A DNA stretch of 64,000 bases. Source: Auanema rhodensis (taxonomy: Eukaryota > Animalia > Nematoda). The stretch spans positions 3,534,001 through 3,598,000 of the forward strand of contig OZ059900.1 in the NCBI GenBank assembly GCA_964057225.1, in the 5' to 3' direction. Shown piece after piece: positions 39,401-54,400 of the stretch; position 1 is the stretch's first letter; each line of letters opens with the position of its first letter. The notes beneath the pieces are model-generated. The model was not told where the DNA came from, did not search any database, and saw nothing but the letters and a program-made list of their open reading frames with translations. The translations under genes and the position numbers were made by a program.

Positions 39401-42400
39401 GCATTTGAGTGAAATTCAGTGATTTACACATTATTAGTGTATATTTGAAGACTTTTGTTATCATAGACAGTAAAACTATGCTTTTGATCATATATATGAG
39501 CGATTTAGCCCCATTGGACTCAAAACTCGGAAAATTCAAAAATTCTTCTATTTTCGACCTTTTTTGATCAAAATGAATATATATCAGTGCAAACTCATAA
39601 AAATAGACTGATTTTGTTTATTGTGTGTTTGATTTTCAAATCTTAACGAATATGATCAAAATTTACGAGTATTACAGATTTTGTACCAAAAATCGGTGAG
39701 TATATGGTGTTAAAGGCATAAAAACGACCATACTTAGTGTAGTAATGCTATTTGAGCGAAAATCAGTATTTAAACATCACTAGCGTTTAATTGATGATTT
39801 TTGTTGTCATAGACAATAAAACTATGCTTCTGATCATATAAATGAGCGATTTAGCCAAATTAGACTCAAAACTCGGAAATTTCAAAAATTCTTTCTATTT
39901 TCGACCTTTTTTGATCAAAATGAATATATATCAGTGCAAGCTCATAAAAATAGACTGATTTTGTGTATTGTATGTTTGATTCTCAAATCTTAACGAATAT
40001 GATCGAAATTTACGAGTATTACAGATTTTGTACCAAAAATCGGTGAGTATATGGTGTTAAAGGCATAAAAACGACCATACTTAGTGTAGTAATGCTATTT
40101 GAGCGAAATTCAGTATTTAAACATCACTAGCGTTTAATTGATGACTTTTGTTGTCATAGACATTAAAACTATGCTTTTGATCATATAAATGAGCGATTTA
40201 GCCAAATTAGACTCAAAACTCGGAAATTTCAAAAATTCTTTCTATTTTCGACCTTTTTTGATCAAAATGAATATATATCAGTGCAAACTCATAAAAATAG
40301 ACTGATTTTGTGTATTGTATGTTTGATTCTCAAATCTTAAAGAATATGATCGAAATTTACGAGTATTACAGATTTTGTACCAAAAATCGGTGAGTATATG
40401 GTGTTAAAGGCATAAAAACGACCATACTTAGTGTAGTAATGCTATTTGAGTGAAATTCAGTGATTTAATCATTATTAGTGTATATTTGAAGACTTTTGTT
40501 ATCATAGACAGTAAAACTATGCTTTTGATCATATATATGAGCGATTTAGCCCAATTCGACTCAAAACTCGGAAAATTCAAAAATTCTTTCTATTTTCGAC
40601 CTTTTTTGATGAAAATGAATATATATCAGTGTAAACTCATAAAAATAGACTGATTTTGTGTATTGTGTGTTTGATTCTCAAATCTTAACAAATATGATCA
40701 AGATTTACGAGTATTACAGATTTTGTACCAAAAATCGGTGAGTATATGGTGTTAAAGGCATAAAAACGACCATACTTAGTGTAGTAATGCTATTTGAGCG
40801 AAAATCAGTATTTAAACATCACTAGCGTTTAATTGAAGATTTTTGTTGTCATAGACAATAAAACTATGCTTCTGATCATATATATGAGCGATTTAGCCAA
40901 ATTAGACTCAAAACTCGGAAATTTCAAAAATTCTTTCTATTTTCGACCTTTTTTGATCAAAATGAATAAATATCAGTGCAAACTCATAAAAATAGACTTA
41001 TTTCGTGTATTATGTGTTTGTTTCTCGAATCTTAACGAATATGATCAAAATTTACAAGTATTACAGATTTTGTACCAAAAATCGGTGAGTATATGGTGTT
41101 AAAGGCATAAAAACGACCATACTTAGTGTAGTAATGCATTTGAGTGAAATTCAGTGATTTACACATTATTAGTGTATATTTGAAGACTTTTGTTATCATA
41201 GACAGTAAAACTATGCTTTTGATCATATATATGAGCGATTTAGCCCCATTGGACTCAAAACTCGGAAAATTCAAAAATTCTTCTATTTTCGACCTTTTTT
41301 GATCAAAATGAATATATATCAGTGCAAACTCATAAAAATAGACTGATTTTGTTTATTGTGTGTTTGATTTTCAAATCTTAACGAATATGATCAAAATTTA
41401 CGAGTATTACAGATTTTGTACCAAAAATCGGTGAGTATATGGTGTTAAAGGCATAAAAACGACCATACTTAGTGTAGTAATGCTATTTGAGCGAAATTCA
41501 GTATTTAAACATCACTAGCGTTTAATTGATGACTTTTGTTGTCATAGACATTAAAACTATGCTTTTGATCATATAAATGAGCGATTTAGCCAAATTAGAC
41601 TCAAAACTCGGAAATTTCAAAAATTCTTTCTATTTTCGACCTTTTTTGATCAAAATGAATATATATCAGTGCAAACTCATAAAAATAGACTGATTTTGTG
41701 TATTGTATGTTTGATTCTCAAATCTTAAAGAATATGATCGAAATTTACGAGTATTACAGATTTTGTACCAAAAATCGGTGAGTATATGGTGTTAAAGGCA
41801 TAAAAACGACCATACATAGTGTAGTAATGCTATTTGAGTGAAATTCAGTGATTAAATCATTATTAGTGTATATTTGAAGACTTTTGTTATCATAGACAGT
41901 AAAACTATGCTTTTGATCATATATATGAGCGATTTAGCCCAATTCGACTCAAAACTCGGAAAATTCAAAAATTCTTTCTATTTTCGACCTTTTTTGATCA
42001 AAATGAATATATATCAGTGCAAACTCATAAAAATAGACTGATTTTGTTTATTGTGTGTTTGATTTTCAAATCTTAACGAATATGATCAAAATTTACGAGT
42101 ATTACAGATTTTGTACCAAAAATCGGTGAGTATATGGTGTTAAAGGCATAAAAACGACCATACTTAGTGTAGTAATGCTATTTGAGCGAAATTCAGTATT
42201 TAAACATCACTAGCGTTTAATTGATGACTTTTGTTGTCATAGACATTAAAACTATGCTTTTGATCATATAAATGAGCGATTTAGCCAAATTAGACTCAAA
42301 ACTCGGAAATTTCAAAAATTCTTTCTATTTTCGACCTTTTTTGATCAAAATGAATAAATATCAGTGCAAACTCGTAAAAATAAACTTATTTCGTGTATTG

Positions 42401-45400
42401 TGTGTTTGATTCTCGAATCTCACCGAATATGATCAAAATTTACGAGTATCACAGATTTTGTACCAAAAATCGGTGAGTATATGGTGTTAAAGGCATAAAA
42501 ACGACCATACTTAGTGTAGTAATGCTATTAGAGCGAAATTCAGTATTTAAACATCACTAGCGTTTAATTGATGACTTTTGTTGTCATAGACATTAAAACT
42601 ATGCTTTTGATCATATAAATGAGCGATTTAGCCAAATTAGACTCAAAACTCGGAAATTTCAAAAATTCTTTCTATTTTCGACCTTTTTTGATCAAAATGA
42701 ATATATATCAGTGCAAACTCATAAAAATAGACTGATTTTGTTTATTGTGTGTTTGATTTTCAAATCTTAACGAATATGATCAAAATTTACGAGTATTACA
42801 GATTTTGTACCAAAAATCGGTGAGTATATGGTGTTAAAGGCATAAAAACGACCATACATAGTGTAGTAATGCTATTTGAGCGAAAATCAGTATTTAAACA
42901 TCACTAGCGTTTAATTGATGATTTTTGTTGTCATAGACAATAAAACTATGCTTCTGATCATATAAATGAGCGATTTAGCCAAATTAGACTCAAAACTCGG
43001 AAATTTCAAAAATTCTTTCTATTTTCGACCTTTTTTGATCAAAATGAATATATATCAGTGCAAACTCATAAAAATAGACTGATTTTGTGTATTGTATGTT
43101 TGATTCTCAAATCTTAAAGAATATGATCGAAATTTACGAGTATTACAGATTTTGTACCAAAAATCGGTGAGTATATGGTGTTAAAGGCATAAAAACGACC
43201 ATACTTAGTGTAGTAATGCTATTTGAGTGAAATTCAGTGATTTAATCATTATTAGTGTATATTCGAAGACTTTTGTTATCATAGACAGTAAAACTATGCT
43301 TTTGATCATATATATGAGCGATTTAGCCCAATTCGACTCAAAACTCGGAAAATTCAAAAATTCTTTCTATTTTCGACCTTTTTTGATGAAAATGAATGTA
43401 TATCAGTGTAAACTCATAAAAATAGACTGATTTTGTGTATTGTGTGTTTGATTCTCAAATCTTAACAAATATGATCAAGATTTACGAGTATTACAGATTT
43501 TGTACCAAAAATCGGTGAGTATATGGTGTTAAAGGCATAAAAACGACCATACTTAGTGTAGTAATGCTATTTGAGCGAAAATCAGTATTTAAACATCACT
43601 AGCGTTTAATTGAAGATTTTTGTTGTCATAGACAATAAAACTATGCTTCTGATCATATATATGAGCGATTTAGCCAAATTAGACTCAAAACTCGGAAATT
43701 TCAAAAATTCTTTCTATTTTCGACCTTTTTTGATCAAAATGAATAAATATCAGTGCAAACTCATAAAAATAGACTTATTTCGTGTATTATGTGTTTGTTT
43801 CTCGAATCTTAACGAATATGATCAAAATTTACAAGTATTACAGATTTTGTACCAAAAATCGGTGAGTATATGGTGTTAAAGGCATAAAAACGACCATACT
43901 TAGTGTAGTAATGCATTTGAGTGAAATTCAGTGATTTACACATTATTAGTGTATATTTGAAGACTTTTGTTATCATAGACAGTAAAACTATGCTTTTGAT
44001 CATATATATGAGCGATTTAGCCCCATTGGACTCAAAACTCGGAAAATTCAAAAATTCTTCTATTTTCGACCTTTTTTGATCAAAATGAATATATATCAGT
44101 GCAAACTCATAAAAATAGACTGATTTTGTTTATTGTGTGTTTGATTTTCAAATCTTAACGAATATGATCAAAATTTACGAGTATTACAGATTTTGTACCA
44201 AAAATCGGTGAGTATATGGTGTTAAAGGCATAAAAACGACCATACTTAGTGTAGTAATGCTATTTGAGCGAAATTCAGTATTTAAACATCACTAGCGTTT
44301 AATTGATGACTTTTGTTGTCATAGACATTAAAACTATGCTTTTGATCATATAAATGAGCGATTTAGCCAAATTAGACTCAAAACTCGGAAATTTCAAAAA
44401 TTCTTTCTATTTTCGACCTTTTTTGATCAAAATGAATAAATATCAGTGCAAACTCGTAAAAATAAACTTATTTCGTGTATTGTGTGTTTGATTCTCGAAT
44501 CTCACCGAATATGATCAAAATTTACGAGTATCACAGATTTTGTACCAAAAATCGGTGAGTATATGGTGTTAAAGGCATAAAAACGACCATACTTAGTGTA
44601 GTAATGCTATTTGAGCGAAAATCAGTATTTAAACATCACTAGCGTTTAATTGAAGATTTTTGTTGTCATAGACAATAAAACTATGCTTCTGATCATATAT
44701 ATGAGCGATTTAGCCAAATTAGACTCAAAACTCGGAAATTTCAAAAATTCTTTCTATTTTCGACCTTTTTTGATCAAAATGAATATATATCAGTGCAAAC
44801 TCATAAAAATAGACTGATTTTGTTTATTGTGTGTTTGATTTTCAAATCTTAACGAATATGATCAAAATTTACGAGTATTACAGATTTTGTACCAAAAATC
44901 GGTGAGTATATGGTGTTAAAGGCATAAAAACGACCATACTTAGTGTAGTAATGCTATTTGAGCGAAATTCAGTATTTAAACATCACTAGCGTTTAATTAA
45001 TGACTTTTGTTGTCATAGACATTAAAACTATGCTTTTGATCATATAAATGAGCGATTTAGCCAAATTAGACTCAAAACTCGGAAATTTCAAAAATTCTTT
45101 CTATTTTCGACCTTTTTTGATCAAAATGAATAAATATCAGTGCAAACTCGTAAAAATAAACTTATTTCGTGTATTGTGTGTTTGATTCTCGAATCTCACC
45201 GAATATGATCAAAATTTACGAGTATTACAGATTTTGTACCAAAAATCGGTGAGTATATGGTGTTAAAGGCATAAAAACGACCATACTTAGTGTAGTAATG
45301 CTATTTGAGCGAAATTCAGTATTTAAACATCACTAGCGTTTAATTGATGACTTTTGTTGTCATAGACATTAAAACTATGCTTTTGATCATATAAATGAGC

Positions 45401-48400
45401 GATTTAGCCAAATTAGACTCAAAACTCGGAAATTTCAAAAATTCTTTCTATTTTCGACCTTTTTTGATCAAAATGAATATATATCAGTGCAAACTCATAA
45501 AAATAGACTGATTTTGTGTATTGTATGTTTGATTCTCAAATCTTAAAGAATATGATCGAAATTTACGAGTATTACAGATTTTGTACCAAAAATCGGTGAG
45601 TATATGGTGTTAAAGGCATAAAAACGACCATACATAGTGTAGTAATGCTATTTGAGTGAAATTCAGTGATTAAATCATTATTAGTGTATATTTGAAGACT
45701 TTTGTTATCATAGACAGTAAAACTATGCTTTTGATCATATATATGAGCGATTTAGCCCAATTCGACTCAAAACTCGGAAAATTCAAAAATTCTTTCTATT
45801 TTCGACCTTTTTTGATCAAAATGAATATATATCAGTGCAAACTCATAAAAATAGACTGATTTTGTTTATTGTGTGTTTGATTTTCAAATCTTAACGAATA
45901 TGATCAAAATTTACGAGTATTACAGATTTTGTACCAAAAATCGGTGAGTATATGGTGTTAAAGGCATAAAAACGACCATACTTAGTGTAGTAATGCTATT
46001 TGAGCGAAATTCAGTATTTAAACATCACTAGCGTTTAATTGATGACTTTTGTTGTCATAGACATTAAAACTATGCTTTTGATCATATAAATGAGCGATTT
46101 AGCCAAATTAGACTCAAAACTCGGAAATTTCAAAAATTCTTTCTATTTTCGACCTTTTTTGATCAAAATGAATAAATATCAGTGCAAACTCGTAAAAATA
46201 AACTTATTTCGTGTATTGTGTGTTTGATTCTCGAATCTCACCGAATATGATCAAAATTTACGAGTATCACAGATTTTGTACCAAAAATCGGTGAGTATAT
46301 GGTGTTAAAGGCATAAAAACGACCATACTTAGTGTAGTAATGCTATTAGAGCGAAATTCAGTATTTAAACATCACTAGCGTTTAATTGATGACTTTTGTT
46401 GTCATAGACATTAAAACTATGCTTTTGATCATATAAATGAGCGATTTAGCCAAATTAGACTCAAAACTCGGAAATTTCAAAAATTCTTTCTATTTTCGAC
46501 CTTTTTTGATCAAAATGAATATATATCAGTGCAAACTCATAAAAATAGACTGATTTTGTGTATTGTATGTTTGATTCTCAAATCTTAAAGAATATGATCG
46601 AAATTTACGAGTATTACAGATTTTGTACCAAAAATCGGTGAGTATATGGTGTTAAAGGCATAAAAACGACCATACATAGTGTAGTAATGCTATTTGAGTG
46701 AAATTCAGTGATTAAATCATTATTAGTGTATATTTGAAGACTTTTGTTATCATAGACAGTAAAACTATGCTTTTGATCATATATATAAGCGATTTAGCCC
46801 AATTCGACTCAAAACTCGGAAAATTCAAAAATTCTTTCTATTTTCGACCTTTTTTGATCAAAATGAATATATATCAGTGCAAACTCATAAAAATAGACTG
46901 ATTTTGTTTATTGTGTGTTTGATTTTCAAATCTTAACGAATATGATCAAAATTTACGAGTATTACAGATTTTGTACCAAAAATCGGTGAGTATATGGTGT
47001 TAAAGGCATAAAAACGACCATACTTAGTGTAGTAATGCTATTTGAGCGAAATTCAGTATTTAAACATCACTAGCGTTTAATTGATGACTTTTGTTGTCAT
47101 AGACATTAAAACTATGCTTTTGATCATATAAATGAGCGATTTAGCCAAATTAGACTCAAAACTCGGAAATTTCAAAAATTCTTTCTATTTTCGACCTTTT
47201 TTGATCAAAATGAATATATATCAGTGCAAACTCATAAAAATAGACTGATTTTGTGTATTGTATGTTTGATTCTCAAATCTTAAAGAATATGATCGAAATT
47301 TACGAGTATTACAGATTTTGTACCAAAAATCGGTGAGTATATGGTGTTAAAGGCATAAAAACGACCATACATAGTGTAGTAATGCTATTTGAGTGAAATT
47401 CAGTGATTAAATCATTATTAGTGTATATTTGAAGACTTTTGTTATCATAGACAGTAAAACTATGCTTTTGATCATATATATGAGCGATTTAGCCCAATTC
47501 GACTCAAAACTCGGAAAATTCAAAAATTCTTTCTATTTTCGACCTTTTTTGATCAAAATGAATATATATCAGTGCAAACTCATAAAAATAGACTGATTTT
47601 GTTTATTGTGTGTTTGATTTTCAAATCTTAACGAATATGATCAAAATTTACGAGTATTACAGATTTTGTACCAAAAATCGGTGAGTATATGGTGTTAAAG
47701 GCATAAAAACGACCATACTTAGTGTAGTAATGCTATTTGAGCGAAATTCAGTATTTAAACATCACTAGCGTTTAATTGATGACTTTTGTTGTCATAGACA
47801 TTAAAACTATGCTTTTGATCATATAAATGAGCGATTTAGCCAAATTAGACTCAAAACTCGGAAATTTCAAAAATTCTTTCTATTTTCGACCTTTTTTGAT
47901 CAAAATGAATAAATATCAGTGCAAACTCGTAAAAATAAACTTATTTCGTGTATTGTGTGTTTGATTCTCGAATCTCACCGAATATGATCAAAATTTACGA
48001 GTATCACAGATTTTGTACCAAAAATCGGTGAGTATATGGTGTTAAAGGCATAAAAACGACCATACTTAGTGTAGTAATGCTATTAGAGCGAAATTCAGTA
48101 TTTAAACATCACTAGCGTTTAATTGATGACTTTTGTTGTCATAGACATTAAAACTATGCTTTTGATCATATAAATGAGCGATTTAGCCAAATTAGACTCA
48201 AAACTCGGAAATTTCAAAAATTCTTTCTATTTTCGACCTTTTTTGATCAAAATGAATATATATCAGTGCAAACTCATAAAAATAGACTGATTTTGTGTAT
48301 TGTATGTTTGATTCTCAAATCTTAAAGAATATGATCGAAATTTACGAGTATTACAGATTTTGTACCAAAAATCGGTGAGTATATGGTGTTAAAGGCATAA

Positions 48401-51400
48401 AAACGACCATACATAGTGTAGTAATGCTATTTGAGTGAAATTCAGTGATTAAATCATTATTAGTGTATATTTGAAGACTTTTGTTATCATAGACAGTAAA
48501 ACTATGCTTTTGATCATATATATAAGCGATTTAGCCCAATTCGACTCAAAACTCGGAAAATTCAAAAATTCTTTCTATTTTCGACCTTTTTTGATCAAAA
48601 TGAATATATATCAGTGCAAACTCATAAAAATAGACTGATTTTGTTTATTGTGTGTTTGATTTTCAAATCTTAACGAATATGATCAAAATTTACGAGTATT
48701 ACAGATTTTGTACCAAAAATCGGTGAGTATATGGTGTTAAAGGCATAAAAACGACCATACTTAGTGTAGTAATGCTATTTGAGCGAAATTCAGTATTTAA
48801 ACATCACTAGCGTTTAATTGATGACTTTTGTTGTCATAGACATTAAAACTATGCTTTTGATCATATAAATGAGCGATTTAGCCAAATTAGACTCAAAACT
48901 CGGAAATTTCAAAAATTCTTTCTATTTTCGACCTTTTTTGATCAAAATGAATAAATATCAGTGCAAACTCGTAAAAATAAACTTATTTCGTGTATTGTGT
49001 GTTTGATTCTCGAATCTCACCGAATATGATCAAAATTTACGAGTATCACAGATTTTGTACCAAAAATCGGTGAGTATATGGTGTTAAAGGCATAAAAACG
49101 ACCATACTTAGTGTAGTAATGCTATTAGAGCGAAATTCAGTATTTAAACATCACTAGCGTTTAATTGATGACTTTTGTTGTCATAGACATTAAAACTATG
49201 CTTTTGATCATATAAATGAGCGATTTAGCCAAATTAGACTCAAAACTCGGAAATTTCGAAAATTCTTTCTATTTTCGACCTTTTTTGATCAAAATGAATA
49301 AATATCAGTGCAAACTCATAAAAATAGACTGATTTTGTGTATTGTATGTTTGATTCTCAAATCTTAAAGAATATGATCGAAATTTACGAGTATTACAGAT
49401 TTTGTACCAAAAATCGGTGAGTATATGGTGTTAAAGGCATAAAAACGACCATACATAGTGTAGTAATGCTATTTGAGTGAAATTCAGTGATTAAATCATT
49501 ATTAGTGTATATTTGAAGACTTTTGTTATCATAGACAGTAAAACTATGCTTTTGATCATATATATGAGCGATTTAGCCCAATTCGACTCAAAACTCGGAA
49601 AATTCAAAAATTCTTTCTATTTTCGACCTTTTTTGATCAAAATGAATATATATCAGTGCAAACTCGTAAAAATAAACTTATTTCGTGTATTGTGTGTTTG
49701 ATTCTCGAATCTCACCGAATATGATCAAAATTTACGAGTATCACAGATTTTGTACCAAAAATCGGTGAGTATATGGTGCTAAAGGCATAAAAACGACCAT
49801 ACTTAGTGTAGTAATGCTATTTGAGCGAAATTCAGTATTTAAACATCACTAGCGTTTAATTGATGACTTTTGTTATCATAGACAGTAAAACTATGCTTTT
49901 GATCATATATATGAGCGATTTAGCCCAATTGGACTCAAAACTCGGAAAATTCAAAAATTCTTCTATTTTCGACCTTTTTTGATCAAAATGAATATATATC
50001 AGTGCAAACTCATAAAAATAGACTGATTTTGTGTATTGTATGTTTGATTCTCAAATCTTAACGAATATGATCAAAATTTACGAGTACTACAGATTTTGTA
50101 CCAAAAATCGGTGAGTATATGGTGTTAAAGGCATAAAAACGACCATACTTAGTGTAGTAATGCTATTTGAGCGAAATTCAGTATTTAAACATTACTAGCG
50201 TTTAATTGATGACTTTTGTTGTTATAGACAATAAAACTATGTTTTTGATCATATATATGAGCGATTTAGCCAAATTGTACTCAAAACTCGGAAATTTCAA
50301 AAATTCTTTCTATTTTCGACCTTTTTTGATCAAAATGAATAAATATCAGTGCAAACTTGTAAAAATAGACTTATTTTGTGTATTATGTGTTTGATTCTTG
50401 AATCTTAACAAATATGATCAAAATTTACAAGTATTACAGATTTTGTACCAAAAATCGGTGAGTATATGGTGTTAAAGGCATAAAAACGACCATACTTAGT
50501 GTAGTAATGCTATTTGAGCGAAAATCAGTATTTAAACATCACTAGCGTTTAATTGATGATTTTTGTTGTCATAGACAATAAAACTATGCTTCTGATCATG
50601 TATATGAGCGATTTAGCCAAATTAGACTCAAAACTCGGAAATTTCAAAAATTCTTTCTATTTTCGACCTTTTTTGATCAAAATGAATATATATCAGTGCA
50701 AGCTCATAAAAATAGACTGATTTTGTGTATTGTATGTTTGATTCTCAAATCTTAACGAATATGATCAAAATTTACGAGTATTACAGATTTTGTACCAAAA
50801 ATCGGTGAGTATATGGTGTTAAAGGCATAAAAACGACCATACTTAGTGTAGTAATGCTATTTGAGCGAAATTCAGTATTTAAACATCACTAGCGTTTAAT
50901 TGATGACTTTTGTTGTCATAGACAATGAAACTATGCTTTTGATCATATATATGAGCGATTTAGCCAAATTAGACTCAAAACTCGGAAATTTCAAAAATTC
51001 TTTCTATTTTCGACCTTTTTTGATCAAAATGAATAAATATCAGTGCAAACTCGTAAAAATAGACTGATTTTGTGTATTGTATGTTTGATTCTCAAATCTT
51101 AACGAATATGATCAAAATTTACGAGTATTACAGATTTTGTACCAAAAATCGGTGAGTATATGGTGTTAAAGGCATAAAAACGACCATACTTAGTGTAGTA
51201 ATGCTATTTGAGCGAAATTCAGTATTTAAACATTACTAGCGTTTAATTGATGACTTTTGTTGTTATAGACAATAAAACTATGTTTTTGATCATATATATG
51301 AGCGATTTAGCCAAATTGGACTCAAAACTCGGAAATTTCAAAAATTCTTTCTATTTTCGACCTTTTTTGATCAAAATGAATAAATATCAGTGCAAACTTG

Positions 51401-54400
51401 TAAAAATAGACTTATTTTGTGTATTATGTGTTTGATTCTCGAATCTTAACAAATATGATCAAAATTTACAAGTATTACAGATTTTGTACCAAAAATCGGT
51501 GAGTATATGGTGTTAAAGGCATAAAAACGACCATACTTAGTGTAGTAATGCTATTTGAGTGAAATTCAGTGATTTAATCATTATTAGTGTATATTTGAAG
51601 ACTTTTGTTATCATAGACAGTAAAACTATGCTTTTGATCATATATATGAGCGATTTAGCATAATTCGACTCAAAACTCGGAAAATTCAAAAATTCTTTCT
51701 ATTTTCGACCTTTTTTGATGAAAATGAATATATATCAGTGTAAACTCATAAAAATAGACTGATTTTGTGTATTGTGTGTTTGATTCTCAAATCTTAACAA
51801 ATATGATCAAATTTTACGAGTATTACAGATTTTGTACCAAAAATCGGTGAGTATATGGTGTTAAAGGCATAAAAACGACCATACTTAGTGTAGTAATGCT
51901 ATTTGAGCGAAAATCAGTATTTAAACATCACTAGCGTTTAATTGAAGATTTTTGTTGTCATAGACAATAAAACTATGCTTCTGATCATATATATGAGCGA
52001 TTTAGCCAAATTAGACTCAAAACTCGGAAATTTCAAAAATTCTTTCTATTTTCGACCTTTTTTGATCAAAATGAATAAATATCAGTGCAAACTCATAAAA
52101 ATAGACTTATTTCGTGTATTATGTGTTTGTTTCTCGAATCTTAACGAATATGATCAAAATTTACAAGTATTACAGATTTTGTACCAAAAATCGGTGAGTA
52201 TATGGTGTTAAAGGCATAAAAACGACCATACTTAGTGTAGTAATGCATTTGAGTGAAATTCAGTGATTTACACATTATTAGTGTATATTTGAAGACTTTT
52301 GTTATCATAGACAGTAAAACTATGCTTTTGATCATATATATGAGCGATTTAGCCCCATTGGACTCAAAACTCGGAAAATTCAAAAATTCTTCTATTTTCG
52401 ACCTTTTTTGATCAAAATGAATATATATCAGTGCAAACTCATAAAAATAGACTGATTTTGTTTATTGTGTGTTTGATTTTCAAATCTTAACGAATATGAT
52501 CAAAATTTACGAGTATTACAGATTTTGTACCAAAAATCGGTGAGTATATGGTGTTAAAGGCATAAAAACGACCATACTTAGTGTAGTAATGCTATTTGAG
52601 CGAAAATCAGTATTTAAACATCACTAGCGTTTAATTGATGATTTTTGTTGTCATAGACAATAAAACTATGCTTCTGATCATATAAATGAGCGATTTAGCC
52701 AAATTAGACTCAAAACTCGGAAATTTCAAAAATTCTTTCTATTTTCGACCTTTTTTGATCAAAATGAATATATATCAGTGCAAGCTCATAAAAATAGACT
52801 GATTTTGTGTATTGTATGTTTGATTCTCAAATCTTAACGAATATGATCGAAATTTACGAGTATTACAGATTTTGTACCAAAAATCGGTGAGTATATGGTG
52901 TTAAAGGCATAAAAACGACCATACTTAGTGTAGTAATGCTATTTGAGCGAAATTCAGTATTTAAACATCACTAGCGTTTAATTGATGACTTTTGTTGTCA
53001 TAGACATTAAAACTATGCTTTTGATCATATAAATGAGCGATTTAGCCAAATTAGACTCAAAACTCGGAAATTTCAAAAATTCTTTCTATTTTCGACCTTT
53101 TTTGATCAAAATGAATATATATCAGTGCAAACTCATAAAAATAGACTGATTTTGTGTATTGTATGTTTGATTCTCAAATCTTAAAGAATATGATCGAAAT
53201 TTACGAGTATTACAGATTTTGTACCAAAAATCGGTGAGTATATGGTGTTAAAGGCATAAAAACGACCATACTTAGTGTAGTAATGCTATTTGAGTGAAAT
53301 TCAGTGATTTAATCATTATTAGTGTATATTTGAAGACTTTTGTTATCATAGACAGTAAAACTATGCTTTTGATCATATATATGAGCGATTTAGCCCAATT
53401 CGACTCAAAACTCGGAAAATTCAAAAATTCTTTCTATTTTCGACCTTTTTTGATGAAAATGAATATATATCAGTGTAAACTCATAAAAATAGACTGATTT
53501 TGTGTATTGTGTGTTTGATTCTCAAATCTTAACAAATATGATCAAGATTTACGAGTATTACAGATTTTGTACCAAAAATCGGTGAGTATATGGTGTTAAA
53601 GGCATAAAAACGACCATACTTAGTGTAGTAATGCTATTTGAGCGAAAATCAGTATTTAAACATCACTAGCGTTTAATTGAAGATTTTTGTTGTCATAGAC
53701 AATAAAACTATGCTTCTGATCATATATATGAGCGATTTAGCCAAATTAGACTCAAAACTCGGAAATTTCAAAAATTCTTTCTATTTTCGACCTTTTTTGA
53801 TCAAAATGAATAAATATCAGTGCAAACTCATAAAAATAGACTTATTTCGTGTATTATGTGTTTGTTTCTCGAATCTTAACGAATATGATCAAAATTTACA
53901 AGTATTACAGATTTTGTACCAAAAATCGGTGAGTATATGGTGTTAAAGGCATAAAAACGACCATACTTAGTGTAGTAATGCATTTGAGTGAAATTCAGTG
54001 ATTTACACATTATTAGTGTATATTTGAAGACTTTTGTTATCATAGACAGTAAAACTATGCTTTTGATCATATATATGAGCGATTTAGCCCCATTGGACTC
54101 AAAACTCGGAAAATTCAAAAATTCTTCTATTTTCGACCTTTTTTGATCAAAATGAATATATATCAGTGCAAACTCATAAAAATAGACTGATTTTGTTTAT
54201 TGTGTGTTTGATTTTCAAATCTTAACGAATATGATCAAAATTTACGAGTATTACAGATTTTGTACCAAAAATCGGTGAGTATATGGTGTTAAAGGCATAA
54301 AAACGACCATACTTAGTGTAGTAATGCTATTTGAGCGAAATTCAGTATTTAAACATCACTAGCGTTTAATTGATGACTTTTGTTGTCATAGACATTAAAA

